From assembly GCA_043817075.1 (NCBI GenBank), contig JBDRHG010000004.1, positions 45,767 to 109,766 on the forward strand: 64,000 nt of DNA, written 5' to 3'. The DNA comes from an archaeon (GTDB lineage: Archaea > Nanobdellota > Nanobdellia > Woesearchaeales > JAADFO01). The translations under genes and the position numbers were made by a program. Positions 8,766-17,688 of this stretch are shown piece after piece. Under the pieces are notes generated by a model. It did not search any database and was not told the DNA's origin. It was given only the letters and a program-made list of their open reading frames with translations. Each line of letters opens with the position of its first letter. Positions within the stretch are counted from its first letter, which is position 1.

Positions 8766-8787
8766 GGCCCCCGCCTTTACCGTCCCT

Positions 8788-9059
8788 GGCAGGCTAGGTC
8801 GGGAGGTTAGCCGTCTCCTGTAACCATACATCGGCTTCATGATGGGACTGAAGCTGGCTGAGCGGCTGGGGCCCTGTATGAGGGTCCTGCTCTGGACAAT
8901 GACCTTCTGTCCTTCAGGATCGACGCTCCTGGGAATCGAGTCAGGCCAGGAATGGAGCAGCTCTAACCGAGAACGCTGATGCTTGGAGGGTCGCGGAAGG
9001 GAGAAACGAACAGGGTCGCCTTTGTGCGGAACCTCAGTTCATCGGTCGGCATGCCTGCC
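8788..9059 (+). ncRNA. ffs: signal recognition particle RNA (archaeal 7S RNA)
   Basis: 5' GGCAGGCUAGGUCGGGAGGUUAGCCGUCUCCUGUAACC closely matches the archaeal Alu-domain consensus (GCUAGGCCGGGGGGUUCGGCGUCCCCUGUAACC). The S-domain helix-8 motif GUCAGGCCAGGAAUGGAGCAGC is present. The 5' ggcaggc pairs with the 3' gcctgcc. Length is about 270 nt, followed by T-runs. Confidence 0.88.
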
Positions 9060-9124
9060 TCTTTTACTATTTTCTGAGGACGAAATTCGATTCTTTTATA
9101 AATAATTCTTGGTTATCCGTACCG

Positions 9125-9842
9125 ATGACAGATAATATTCCGGGATTGATCGTCTCGACACCGGATATCAGGAATTCCTGGCAATGGGGTTCACATCGGA
9201 AACAGATCCGCATGCAGAAAATTCGGGATTTATTAGCCGCCGGTGCCGATGGGATAGCTTGGGTGGACTATCCTGACAAATCCGAATTGAGAGAGATTGC
9301 GAGCGAGTCGCATCCGGATCAAATCATCCTCACTGATGAATACATTGACTGGGAGGAGGATAAAACAGGACTTGAATTGTACACTCCCTATATCTATACT
9401 CAAGAACCTTCAGTTGGTAAATATACTCGTCGAAGAACAGATTCTCATGTTCCGGTCATCTCGACCATTGCCCATGGCGAAGAATTTGTGAAGTATCCTC
9501 TTAATCCCAATCTTCTCTTCGTCGACATCAGTCCGGTTGGTCTGTGCTACCGATCTGAACCCGAGCTCTGTGGAGGACCAATCACACTCGACGGTGTTGA
9601 GAAAATTATATCCACATTAAATGATGCGTACGAGAAAGTCCCAGATCTTTCTATGGGGGGGTGGGTTGAATTATCTTCAAAGGGGAGATCAAGGGGTCAC
9701 GTATCAACAGATCGCCAATCGGTTCGGCCAATATCCTATCAAATATTTCGTAGTGGGCAGTGTAATCTCAGGAAATCACGGTGACTATTTTTCCGAATTG
9801 GTCACGACCCATAAAGAGCAGATCCAAAAAGCCTTCAAATAA
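9125..9842 (+). pseudogene. hypothetical protein split by a +1 frameshift in a G7 run (possible TIM-barrel phosphate-binding protein)
   Basis: ORF 9125..9784 and ORF 9621..9842 overlap. The protein-like reading switches frame at the homopolymer G7 (9655-9661). With G6 the product would read ..VPDLSMGGGLNYLQRGDQGVTYQQIANRFGQYPIKYFVVGSVISGN.., where GGGL...VVGS resembles TIM-barrel phosphate-binding loops. Confidence 0.45.
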
Positions 9843-9932
9843 TCCTCAATTCTTCCAATTCTTGCCGCCATCGTAAACCTTAATAAAGGCGGCTTTGTTT
9901 ACCCCAAAGGCGCATACCGGAGGTCATCACTA

Positions 9933-11702
9933 ATGCAAGGACAGGATTTCGCGTTTTACGGCAGGCAAGCGATCATCAAGAGCGACGGAAGCATCCCGAC
10001 AGAGTCGGCACAACTCACATACTCAAGCCTCTTCAAGCGACTTGTCAAAGATCACCTCGCAATCCTCCGGGAGAAAGATTCGCCTCTCCTCGCCGTCATC
10101 CCCGATGGCCTTTCGGATGATCAACAAGACGCACTCGTCCTCAAGCTCCTCCAAGAGCTCTCCATGAACACGAAAGAGGAAGTGACCACTGACAATTCTT
10201 CTCTCGCCCCGTTCTTCGAAGACATCGAGATGCTGCACCAATTCGTCGAGCAGCTCTATAACTACTGGCGTAACTACGAGCGGTTCTTCGTGCATTATTC
10301 CCAAAGCAAAGGGGAGAACAAGGTCCCTGCCAAAAAGACGCCTTACCGCACGTTCCAGGTGACCATCGAGTCGCTCAACCATCTCGTCCGCAAGGTGTAT
10401 CGGGATATCGCCAAGAACATCACGCATCATCATCTTCGCATCTACCGCCAGATGCCGGCCGGCGCCCAAGTCGGTCTCATCGTCAGCGAAGAGGAGTGGA
10501 ATTGCCCTTCTACCTACGACCATCTCAAGAAGATTCCCTTCATCCGGAGGCTCCTCATCGAGCCCCCGCTCATCATCGATCCGCCCATGAACAAGCGTAA
10601 CGGGCAATTCTCTCAGGTCAAGGAGAACCCGATCGCGGACGTGGATTTCACAGACGGGGATTGGCTCTGCTATCCTGCCAAGGTCGGCGACCTGCTCATC
10701 CACCTCTTCTTCCACAACAAGTTCATCGGTCTGGGCACGGCATGCGCCAACCTCTTCGACCTCGCCGAAGAAGAGGACCTCAAACGGAAACCCGATGCCA
10801 TCTATGCTTATGGCGTGCCTGCCGAGAAATTGAAGAGGTTCGGCGACCTGCCCACTGTCTTCTACGAGGACGACGACAATGGCATCATGGTGGGTGCGGT
10901 TCCTGATGGCGACGAGTTCGGCTACTTCGGCTATGTCAAGAAGATGATGCTGACGCTGCACAACATCATCCAGATGAAGCGGGGTCGCATACCCTTGCAC
11001 GGTGCCATGGTGCGCATCAGTCTCAAGGACGGAAAATCCGCCAACATCATCATCGTCGGCGACAGCGGCGCAGGCAAGTCAGAATCGCTCGAAGCTTTCC
11101 GGGTGCTCGCCGACAAGCATATCCGGGACATGGTCATCGTCTTCGACGACATGGGCTCGCTCGAGCTCACCGATGACGGCAAACTCAAGGCCTACGGCAC
11201 TGAGACCGGCGCATTTGTCCGTCTGGACGACCTCCAGCCGGGTTTCGCATTCGGCAATCTGGACCGTTCCATCATCATGAGCCCTCAGAAGATCAATGCC
11301 CGTGCCGTCCTACCGGTCACGACGATCGAAGAGGTGCTCAGGGGGAACAGCGTCGACTACTTCCTCTACGCCAACAATTATGAGGAGGTCGATGACGACC
11401 ATCCTTTCTTCCAGGAATTCTCCGAGCCCGAAGAAGCCATGGCGGTCTTCAAGAAGGGCGCGCGCATCGGCAAGGGCACGACCACAGAGACTGGACTGGT
11501 GCAGACCTATTTCGCCAATATCTTCGGTCCCGCCCAGTACAAAGAATTGCATGACGGGCTCGCGCCGAAATTCTTCAAGGCGCTCTTCGATTCAGGTGTG
11601 CGTGTCGCTGAGCTCCGCACAAGGCTCGCCATCCCTGGCTTCGAGAACAAGGGTCCTGAGACCGCGGCCGAGGCACTGTTTGACGTGATCAGGAATAGTT
11701 AG
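9933..11702 (+). CDS. large HPr-kinase/PEP-carboxykinase-like P-loop protein, function unknown
   Basis: 589 aa with GGAGGT 8 nt upstream of the ATG. The C-terminal half has LHGAMVRISL.DGKSANIIIVGDSGAGKSESLEAFR ... VIVFDDMG, resembling the HprK/P C-terminal catalytic domain (GxSGxGKSE...DD). The N-terminal ~350 aa is unrecognised. Confidence 0.6.
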   Translation: MQGQDFAFYGRQAIIKSDGSIPTESAQLTYSSLFKRLVKDHLAILREKDSPLLAVIPDGLSDDQQDALVLKLLQELSMNTKEEVTTDNSSLAPFFEDIEMLHQFVEQLYNYWRNYERFFVHYSQSKGENKVPAKKTPYRTFQVTIESLNHLVRKVYRDIAKNITHHHLRIYRQMPAGAQVGLIVSEEEWNCPSTYDHLKKIPFIRRLLIEPPLIIDPPMNKRNGQFSQVKENPIADVDFTDGDWLCYPAKVGDLLIHLFFHNKFIGLGTACANLFDLAEEEDLKRKPDAIYAYGVPAEKLKRFGDLPTVFYEDDDNGIMVGAVPDGDEFGYFGYVKKMMLTLHNIIQMKRGRIPLHGAMVRISLKDGKSANIIIVGDSGAGKSESLEAFRVLADKHIRDMVIVFDDMGSLELTDDGKLKAYGTETGAFVRLDDLQPGFAFGNLDRSIIMSPQKINARAVLPVTTIEEVLRGNSVDYFLYANNYEEVDDDHPFFQEFSEPEEAMAVFKKGARIGKGTTTETGLVQTYFANIFGPAQYKELHDGLAPKFFKALFDSGVRVAELRTRLAIPGFENKGPETAAEALFDVIRNS

Positions 11703-12106
11703 GATTCCTTCTTCCTTTTCTTCAGAGACAGAAACAGCGCTAGCAGCATAAGGAGGTAGCTGCCATGCAATATCATGTCGGTCGGTGTGGGGTCGAAGAC
11801 GAAGAGCTCGCCGGCTTGCCGCAGCAGATCCGCGCCACCGGCCAACAGGCCCATAACCAACGCGATGCCGATGAAAACCATTCCTACGATGCTTGCCCAA
11901 GCAACCCATTTGTCGAGCACGAGCGCCGAGCCGACGACGAGCTCCAAGACCACCACGATGAACGAGAACGCTTCAGGTAGACCGAGGGCCTGCATCTCCC
12001 GTGCTCCTGTGGACCATACGGCGGTACGGTAGGCCGCGGCAGAGAGGAACACGATTCCTACGAACAGACGCAGCACTTCGAATCCGGCATTCTTCTCCTG
12101 TTTCAC
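11699..12106 (-). CDS. DoxX-family-like small membrane protein
   Basis: 135 aa with four predicted helices. The N-terminus FEVLRLFVGIVFLSAAAYR is typical of DoxX/SURF4-type proteins. 4-nt overlaps with both neighbours. Confidence 0.55.
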   Translation of the reverse strand: MKQEKNAGFEVLRLFVGIVFLSAAAYRTAVWSTGAREMQALGLPEAFSFIVVVLELVVGSALVLDKWVAWASIVGMVFIGIALVMGLLAGGADLLRQAGELFVFDPTPTDMILHGSYLLMLLALFLSLKKRKKES

Positions 12107-12678
12107 GGATCGTCACCCTTCAGCATCCTGATGAAATACTCATGCACAGCGGTCTCGTCGGTGATTTCTGCGTGGAAGCTCGCCACGAGGACATTCCTTT
12201 GCCGTGCCAGCACCACATGACCGCTATGTGTGGCCAGTACCTCCACATCCTTGTCATGCCTTGTCATCACCGGCGCCCTGATGAACGCCACATGTATAGG
12301 TTTCGAAGAGATGGATGTCTTCACATTCGTCTCGAACGAATCTAATTGGCGGCCGTAATCGTTGCGTCGCACCGTTATGTCGATGAGCCCAAGATGCGAT
12401 TTCTCTTCGCCTTCGATTTCCTTGGCGAGCAGTATCATGCCGGCGCAGGTGCCGAAGATCGGCATGCCTTCCCGAACGAGCCTCTTTATGGTCGTGTCAA
12501 GGTTGACCCGTCGCATGAGCTTTCCGATGGTGGTGCTTTCGCCGCCAGGCAGTATGAGTCCGGAGATTCCTTCAAGGTCCTCAGGCGTCCTGATCTCTAT
12601 CGGCTCCATCCCCAGAGAACGTAGCACTGACTTATGTTCGATCACGTCACCCTGGAGGGCGAGCACACCGATGCGCAT
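12103..12678 (-). CDS. pdxT: pyridoxal 5'-phosphate synthase glutaminase subunit
   Basis: MRIGVLALQGDVIEH..LILPGGESTT..FGTCAGMILLA (catalytic Cys) ..FHAE.. are canonical PdxT/SNO motifs. The gene lies directly downstream of pdxS. Confidence 0.92.
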   Translation of the reverse strand: MRIGVLALQGDVIEHKSVLRSLGMEPIEIRTPEDLEGISGLILPGGESTTIGKLMRRVNLDTTIKRLVREGMPIFGTCAGMILLAKEIEGEEKSHLGLIDITVRRNDYGRQLDSFETNVKTSISSKPIHVAFIRAPVMTRHDKDVEVLATHSGHVVLARQRNVLVASFHAEITDETAVHEYFIRMLKGDDP

Positions 12679-13563
12679 TTACCATCCCCTATCCTGCATG
12701 CGGACGTCGAGCTTGTCGATCTCCTTGCCTGGCATGGCATCGCCCAGGCCTTCGGAGACCTTCGCCAATTTGGCAGGGTCGGCGTAATGTGCCGTGGCTT
12801 CGACGATGGCCTTGGCCATCTTGGCAGGAGCTAAAGACTTGAAAATGCCGCTGCCCACGAACACTCCATCTACGCCAAGCTGCATGACCAATGATGCGTC
12901 GGCAGGGGTCGCAATGCCGCCTGCGGCGAAGTTGACCACCGGCAATCTGCCGATTCTTGCTACCTCGGTGACGAGACTTAATGGGACGCGCATCTGCTTG
13001 GCCGCTTTCTGCATCCTTTCTTTGTTCGCTTTCCGCAACGATGCGATCTCCTCGTTTATGGTTCGGATATGCCTGACCGCCTCGATGATATTGCCGGTGC
13101 CGGCCTCGCCCTTGGTGCGGATCATTGCTGCGCCCTCTGCGATTCGTCGCAGCGCCTCGCCGAGATTGGTGGCGCCGCAGACGAAGGGGACCTTGAATTG
13201 TTTCTTGTCGACATGCAGCGATGGATCGGCGGGCGTCAGCACCTCGGATTCGTCGATGTAGTCTATGCCGAGCGATTCGAGGATCTGCGCCTCGGCGAAG
13301 TGGCCGATGCGTACCTTTGCCATCACCGGGATGGAGACGGTCTTCATGATGTCCTTGATGAGCTTGGGGTCGCTCATCCTGGCGACGCCTCCCTGCGCCC
13401 TGATGTCAGAAGGGACCCGTTCGAGCGCCATGACGGCGACTGCGCCGGCCTTCTCTGCGATTCTGGCATGTTCTGCCGTGACGACGTCCATGATGACTCC
13501 GCCCTTCAGCATCTGGGCCAGTCCTGTCTTGAGTGTGTATGTCCCTTTCTTGTCCTGTTTCAT
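12679..13563 (-). CDS. pdxS: pyridoxal 5'-phosphate synthase lyase subunit
   Basis: Highly conserved PdxS/SNZ blocks: [80 protein letters not shown]. Confidence 0.95.
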   Translation of the reverse strand: MKQDKKGTYTLKTGLAQMLKGGVIMDVVTAEHARIAEKAGAVAVMALERVPSDIRAQGGVARMSDPKLIKDIMKTVSIPVMAKVRIGHFAEAQILESLGIDYIDESEVLTPADPSLHVDKKQFKVPFVCGATNLGEALRRIAEGAAMIRTKGEAGTGNIIEAVRHIRTINEEIASLRKANKERMQKAAKQMRVPLSLVTEVARIGRLPVVNFAAGGIATPADASLVMQLGVDGVFVGSGIFKSLAPAKMAKAIVEATAHYADPAKLAKVSEGLGDAMPGKEIDKLDVRMQDRGW

Positions 13564-13568
13564 GTGTC

Positions 13569-14354
13569 TTACCTCTTGAGTCTGATGAGCTGCAGTGGCT
13601 GTGCTGCCGCCATGATCGTCAATGTCTCGCCTTTCCGTACCCTGACTGGTTTACCCACCGAGTCCGCGATCGCGATGTTGTAATCATCCAATGATGTGAT
13701 GGTGACTTTTCCCCCTGTCTTCAATGTTTTCCGGATGAGGCTGTGGCCGCAGATCCTGCCCTTGGTCGGCTCCCTTACGAGATAGCGTATCTTCTTCGAG
13801 CCGATCGGTATGGGCTTCTCATCCATCGAGGCCGCCCATCCGGTGGAACCGGCGGCGGTGCTCATGATGAGGCCGCTGGACATCTGCCGTTCCCTTTTCT
13901 TGCCGATGCGCACCTCATACCTACTGGTGCGCCACGCCAACTCGTTGCCGAAGAACACTTCATTGAGCGCAGGTTCGAGCTTGCGATGTCCCTTGACGGC
14001 CGAGAGGCGTTGGATAGGTTGGGTCGTGTACTCCTTCTCGACGATCGCGCGTATCGTCTCTGGAATGCTGGCTCGCGTCGCTCTGGTCAACGCTCCCTCC
14101 TTGTTCTTGGGATCGGAATTGATGCCGAGCACCGGCGTGTCGTCCGAGATTTGATGGGAGATTGAGAGCAAGGTCCCGTCCCCGCCCACAGTGATCACGA
14201 CATCTGCCCGCTTGGTGTCTGACAAAGTGATATGGTTGCGATCCTTCCATCTGGCTTCGATGTCAGGATAGCGCTCAAGCTCTGTCCTGAGCTTTCGCAT
14301 GGTGCGGATATGTTCATGTGATGCCGTCTGCATATAGCCTATAAGGAGCTTCAT
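13569..14354 (-). CDS. nadK: NAD(+) kinase
   Basis: GGDGT motif ([13 protein letters not shown]) and the later ..[12 protein letters not shown].. (NAD kinase STPTGSTAY-like block). The ORF track start at 14381 is TTG. ATG at 14354 (MKLLIGY..) or at 14369 is more likely. Confidence 0.85.
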   Translation of the reverse strand: MKLLIGYMQTASHEHIRTMRKLRTELERYPDIEARWKDRNHITLSDTKRADVVITVGGDGTLLSISHQISDDTPVLGINSDPKNKEGALTRATRASIPETIRAIVEKEYTTQPIQRLSAVKGHRKLEPALNEVFFGNELAWRTSRYEVRIGKKRERQMSSGLIMSTAAGSTGWAASMDEKPIPIGSKKIRYLVREPTKGRICGHSLIRKTLKTGGKVTITSLDDYNIAIADSVGKPVRVRKGETLTIMAAAQPLQLIRLKR

Positions 14355-14414
14355 GCCTGTTTCCCCCATAAGAGGGTGCAAGAATTCATGCTCATTAAAA
14401 AAGGTTGTGGAGGA

Positions 14415-15065
14415 TTAAATTGTATTGTTATATGTGTCCCGAACGGATGTGTTCTGTAAAATGTTTTTCAATTCATGGAGGCTGTGTACTGTGAAATTCG
14501 GCTCAAACCCATTATCTTCTTTTATATTTCCTTCTCGATCAAAATGAATTGTAGTCATCCCTTTTTTTCCTGCAGGTTCGAGATTTTTGAGTAGGTTGTC
14601 TGTGTATATACATCTGTCAGGAGTCGTGCGCAGACGTTGTACAACCGTATCGTATACAGTGCCATCTGGTTTTCTCATGCCTAATTCTCCACTAATAAAA
14701 TGATGCGTGATAACATCATCTAACTGAAAGTAGCGTCGCTGTGCCTCATGCCATTCTATTACGTCATTGGAGAGGATAGACAGTTCATAGGTCTTTGCCA
14801 ACTCCTGTGCAGTCTTGATGAAATCGGGATCGATTCGAAGGTGAGGGATGTATTCGGACAGCACCTGTTGACCATCAATGCCAAGTGAGTCAAAAAAAGC
14901 TTCAGAGGTAATTCTTCCAATGCTTAATTTCCTGTAGTATAACGCTCTGAATGCATTCTCGTCAATCATCTGTCTTGTTCTCAACAAAGGGAGAAATACG
15001 TCTTCAATATCATCAGGATATTGGAAAATGACCCCCATTTTATCCCACAGAAGGTGAAGTTTCAT
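14415..15065 (-). CDS. HAD-superfamily hydrolase (subfamily IA-like)
   Basis: MKLHLLWDKMGVIF.. (motif I variant), ..ILSND.. (motif II) and ..KPD..IYTDN.. (motifs III/IV). The ORF track's longer 5' extension would overlap the upstream gene, so ATG 15065 is preferred. AT-rich patch. Confidence 0.65.
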   Translation of the reverse strand: MKLHLLWDKMGVIFQYPDDIEDVFLPLLRTRQMIDENAFRALYYRKLSIGRITSEAFFDSLGIDGQQVLSEYIPHLRIDPDFIKTAQELAKTYELSILSNDVIEWHEAQRRYFQLDDVITHHFISGELGMRKPDGTVYDTVVQRLRTTPDRCIYTDNLLKNLEPAGKKGMTTIHFDREGNIKEDNGFEPNFTVHSLHELKNILQNTSVRDTYNNTI

Positions 15066-15072
15066 TTTTTGT

Positions 15073-15924
15073 TCACGTCTTGTCTGCTGTAATTCCCCAC
15101 CATCCGTAGCGTGTCCAGTCGATTCCCGGCTTTTGTCCGGTGAATAATGTTGTCTGGATGTTGTAGAATCCTGCTTCTTCAAGGCATTGGATGACGACAG
15201 GAAGGCACACCTTGTGCTCGCCAGTGTTGAGTACATCCTGAAACGCGGTCTTGATCTGGTCAGCTACTTCTCCATTGCCTGAATCAGGCATTCCTCGGAT
15301 CTGCTCTGCGATGTATGATAGGACAAGAGAAAAGAATTGATTCAGATCGTTTGGTTCCAATGTCTCCGAATCAAATGCGTACTCAGGTAGCATAACATCT
15401 GTCATGACAAGACGGCCTCCCGGACGCAGCGCGTTGGCATGATTCTGATATGCCAGCTTTTTATCAGGGAAATGATGTCCTGTAGCAGTATGCATGATCA
15501 CGTCGTATTGTCCTTTACCTCTATACGTTTCCGCAGTCCCTTCAATTACATCAAAAGAGGTGCGTCGTCCTGCAAAACTCAATGAATCTTCGATTGATTT
15601 CGCTGAAAGTTGCCTAAAGAAATTGTCTGGCTCCACCAATCGCATGTATGCGACGTTCTCAAGTGCTACGACCTTTCCTTCGATGATGCCTGGGCCTGGC
15701 CCATAGGAAAGGACGCGCAGTTCAGTTCTGCATTGTGAAATCTCATCGAGCAGGAACTGCTCCCATTTCGCGTACAGCGGGTACTGTTTCAATTGGCGGT
15801 AATAGAGATGTTTGAACGCATCTGCATCAGTCACTGAATACTCGATGCTCGCAGTGTGCACGAGTCGCTCAAGGGTTTTCCACCGATCGTTCGGGCTGTA
15901 CACGCGCAGGCTTTTTTGTGTCAT
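15073..15924 (-). CDS. class I SAM-dependent methyltransferase
   Basis: Motif I-like VLSYGPGPGIIEG, an acidic post-I residue, DVIMHTATGHHF, and ALRPGGRLVMTD, typical of Methyltransf_11/12-type enzymes. Confidence 0.7.
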   Translation of the reverse strand: MTQKSLRVYSPNDRWKTLERLVHTASIEYSVTDADAFKHLYYRQLKQYPLYAKWEQFLLDEISQCRTELRVLSYGPGPGIIEGKVVALENVAYMRLVEPDNFFRQLSAKSIEDSLSFAGRRTSFDVIEGTAETYRGKGQYDVIMHTATGHHFPDKKLAYQNHANALRPGGRLVMTDVMLPEYAFDSETLEPNDLNQFFSLVLSYIAEQIRGMPDSGNGEVADQIKTAFQDVLNTGEHKVCLPVVIQCLEEAGFYNIQTTLFTGQKPGIDWTRYGWWGITADKT

Positions 15925-15925
15925 C

Positions 15926-16597
15926 TTATTTTTCTATCTTTTCTGCCAGCACAAAATACGAGTCATGGGTGTGTCGTTCTTTACGGTGATATCCTGGTCC
16001 ATGCGGCGGATCTGTGTATTGCCGGTTGTCGACTCTGAGAATGCGAAAGCCCCTGAGCAGTTGTTTGATCTGCGCGAGGGTATGGTACCGTACATATATC
16101 TCGTCCTGGATCCACTCATCATCATTGATGCGCTCACCTGTTCCATACTGAGGATCGTTGTGCGTCTTGAACTCTAGCATGGCTAATCCGCCAGGCTTGA
16201 GCATTCTATGATATTCCTTGATTACCGGAACCGGCTTCTCGAGATGCTCCATAACAAAGTCGCACACAATACCATCAATGCTTTCATCAGAGATTCCGGT
16301 GTCATCGAGGTGGGCGTGGATGAGCCGGCTCTCGTGCATCCCGAGTCGTGTTCTGGCTCGTTCAAGTCCGCTCTGGCTTGCATCCACACCCCAGCACTCA
16401 AATCCTTCTGTTGCGAAGGGCAGCATGTTCCTGCCGTCTCCGCAGCCTCCAAAGAGGATGCGGGAATCGCCCCTATACTGCAGGAATGGAATCTTCTCGA
16501 TGAAAAAAGGTGTCGCGCCTTCACGCCATACTGACCGGTCTTGTGTGAATTGATCATATACCTTGTTCCAGTATTGTGAAATATCTTGAGGTTGCAT
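15926..16597 (-). CDS. class I SAM-dependent methyltransferase
   Basis: RILFGGCGDGRN (motif I), GVDAS, DGIVCDF and MLKPGGLAMLEF. One-nt spacing from the upstream MTase stop. Confidence 0.75.
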   Translation of the reverse strand: MQPQDISQYWNKVYDQFTQDRSVWREGATPFFIEKIPFLQYRGDSRILFGGCGDGRNMLPFATEGFECWGVDASQSGLERARTRLGMHESRLIHAHLDDTGISDESIDGIVCDFVMEHLEKPVPVIKEYHRMLKPGGLAMLEFKTHNDPQYGTGERINDDEWIQDEIYVRYHTLAQIKQLLRGFRILRVDNRQYTDPPHGPGYHRKERHTHDSYFVLAEKIEK

Positions 16598-16671
16598 GAT
16601 ATCTCCATTATTTAGTAGTATCTATATTGTGGTATGAGTTATAATTTTCTATTATTTTTTTTGACAAAAAG

Positions 16672-16685
16672 AAATATTTTTAATC
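16672..16685 (+). promoter_or_regulatory. TATA-box-like element (aaatatttttaatc) about 22 nt upstream of ATG 16707
   Basis: Lies in an AT-rich divergent intergenic region with the recurrent box-to-ATG spacing. Confidence 0.4.
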
Positions 16686-16706
16686 TCAGTTGCATTCTGT
16701 ACTGAA

Positions 16707-17681
16707 ATGCTGGAAATACTTGATCTTGTTGATAGGAAAATCATCTACACCCTCGATTTCGACGCTCGCATGCCGCTCTCACAGCTGGCCAAGAGGATAG
16801 GCATCTCCAAGCAGGTCGCGGCCTACCGCATCGAGCGCCTGAAGAAGCGTGGCGTCATCATGGGATTCTACACCGACATCTCAGGATCGAAGATCGGCTA
16901 CGAGATATTCGTCATCTACTTCAAGTTCCAGCGCATGTCGCCTGACGAGCAGCAGCGCTTCATCAGGCATATCGGGAAGGCCAAGAACGTGGGTGTCAAC
17001 ATCTCAATCAACGGCCAATGGGACCATTGCATCGTCATCTGGGCGAGGGACGTCGTGGAATTCAAGCTGCGCTACCAAGAGGCGATGGGGGATTGGGAAC
17101 GCTTCATCAGGAGCAAAGACGTCATGATGGAGACCGACTTCTACTACTTCAAACCGACCCAGATCCTCGACAAGCCGTCTGACCGTATGCTCTCCATGAC
17201 CGGTGTCATCGAGCGCCCCAAGCTCGACAGGAAAGACCATCTTCTTCTCAGCGGTCTCGCTTCCGATTGCCGTATGCCCTTGGTGGAATTGGGTAAGAAG
17301 GCAGGCCTCACCGCCAACGGAGCGAAGCAACGCATCCGCCGTCTGGAAAAAGAGGGCATCATCTTGGGCTATCGGGTATTCATCGACTACCAGCTGCTGG
17401 GCTTCCTGCACTACCGTGTCTTCCTCCATCTAGAGAGCCTGACCGACAAGGTCGAGAGGCGCATCATCCAATTTCTGCGTCAGCACCGTGCATGTCCTTC
17501 CATCACCAAGACCATCGGCTATTGCGAGCTTGAGTTCCGTGCAATCTGCAAAGATGTCAACGAATTCTACGCGATGATGGATGATTTGCGTCGCGTCTTC
17601 CCCGACGAGATCAAAGAATACGATTCCATTCTCTACGCCAGGATGCACGAAGCGTGGAATTACTTCCCTTTCGAAGAATAA
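16707..17681 (+). CDS. tandem (duplicated) Lrp/AsnC-family transcriptional regulator
   Basis: Two HTH_AsnC-like modules: LDLVDRKIIYTLDFDARMPLSQLAKRIGISKQVAAYRIERLKKRGVI and LDRKDHLLLSGLASDCRMPLVELGKKAGLTANGAKQRIRRLEKEGII. Each is followed by a RAM/ACT-like segment. Confidence 0.8.
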   Translation: MLEILDLVDRKIIYTLDFDARMPLSQLAKRIGISKQVAAYRIERLKKRGVIMGFYTDISGSKIGYEIFVIYFKFQRMSPDEQQRFIRHIGKAKNVGVNISINGQWDHCIVIWARDVVEFKLRYQEAMGDWERFIRSKDVMMETDFYYFKPTQILDKPSDRMLSMTGVIERPKLDRKDHLLLSGLASDCRMPLVELGKKAGLTANGAKQRIRRLEKEGIILGYRVFIDYQLLGFLHYRVFLHLESLTDKVERRIIQFLRQHRACPSITKTIGYCELEFRAICKDVNEFYAMMDDLRRVFPDEIKEYDSILYARMHEAWNYFPFEE

Positions 17682-17688
17682 GCAGTGT

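Noticed and set aside
10023-11000. 325-aa ORF antisense to the HprK-like gene
   Set aside because: Its composition is biased and repetitive (runs of E, D, L, V, R), typical of the mirror frame of a GC-rich gene. The sense strand carries recognisable catalytic motifs and a GGAGGT plus ATG start.
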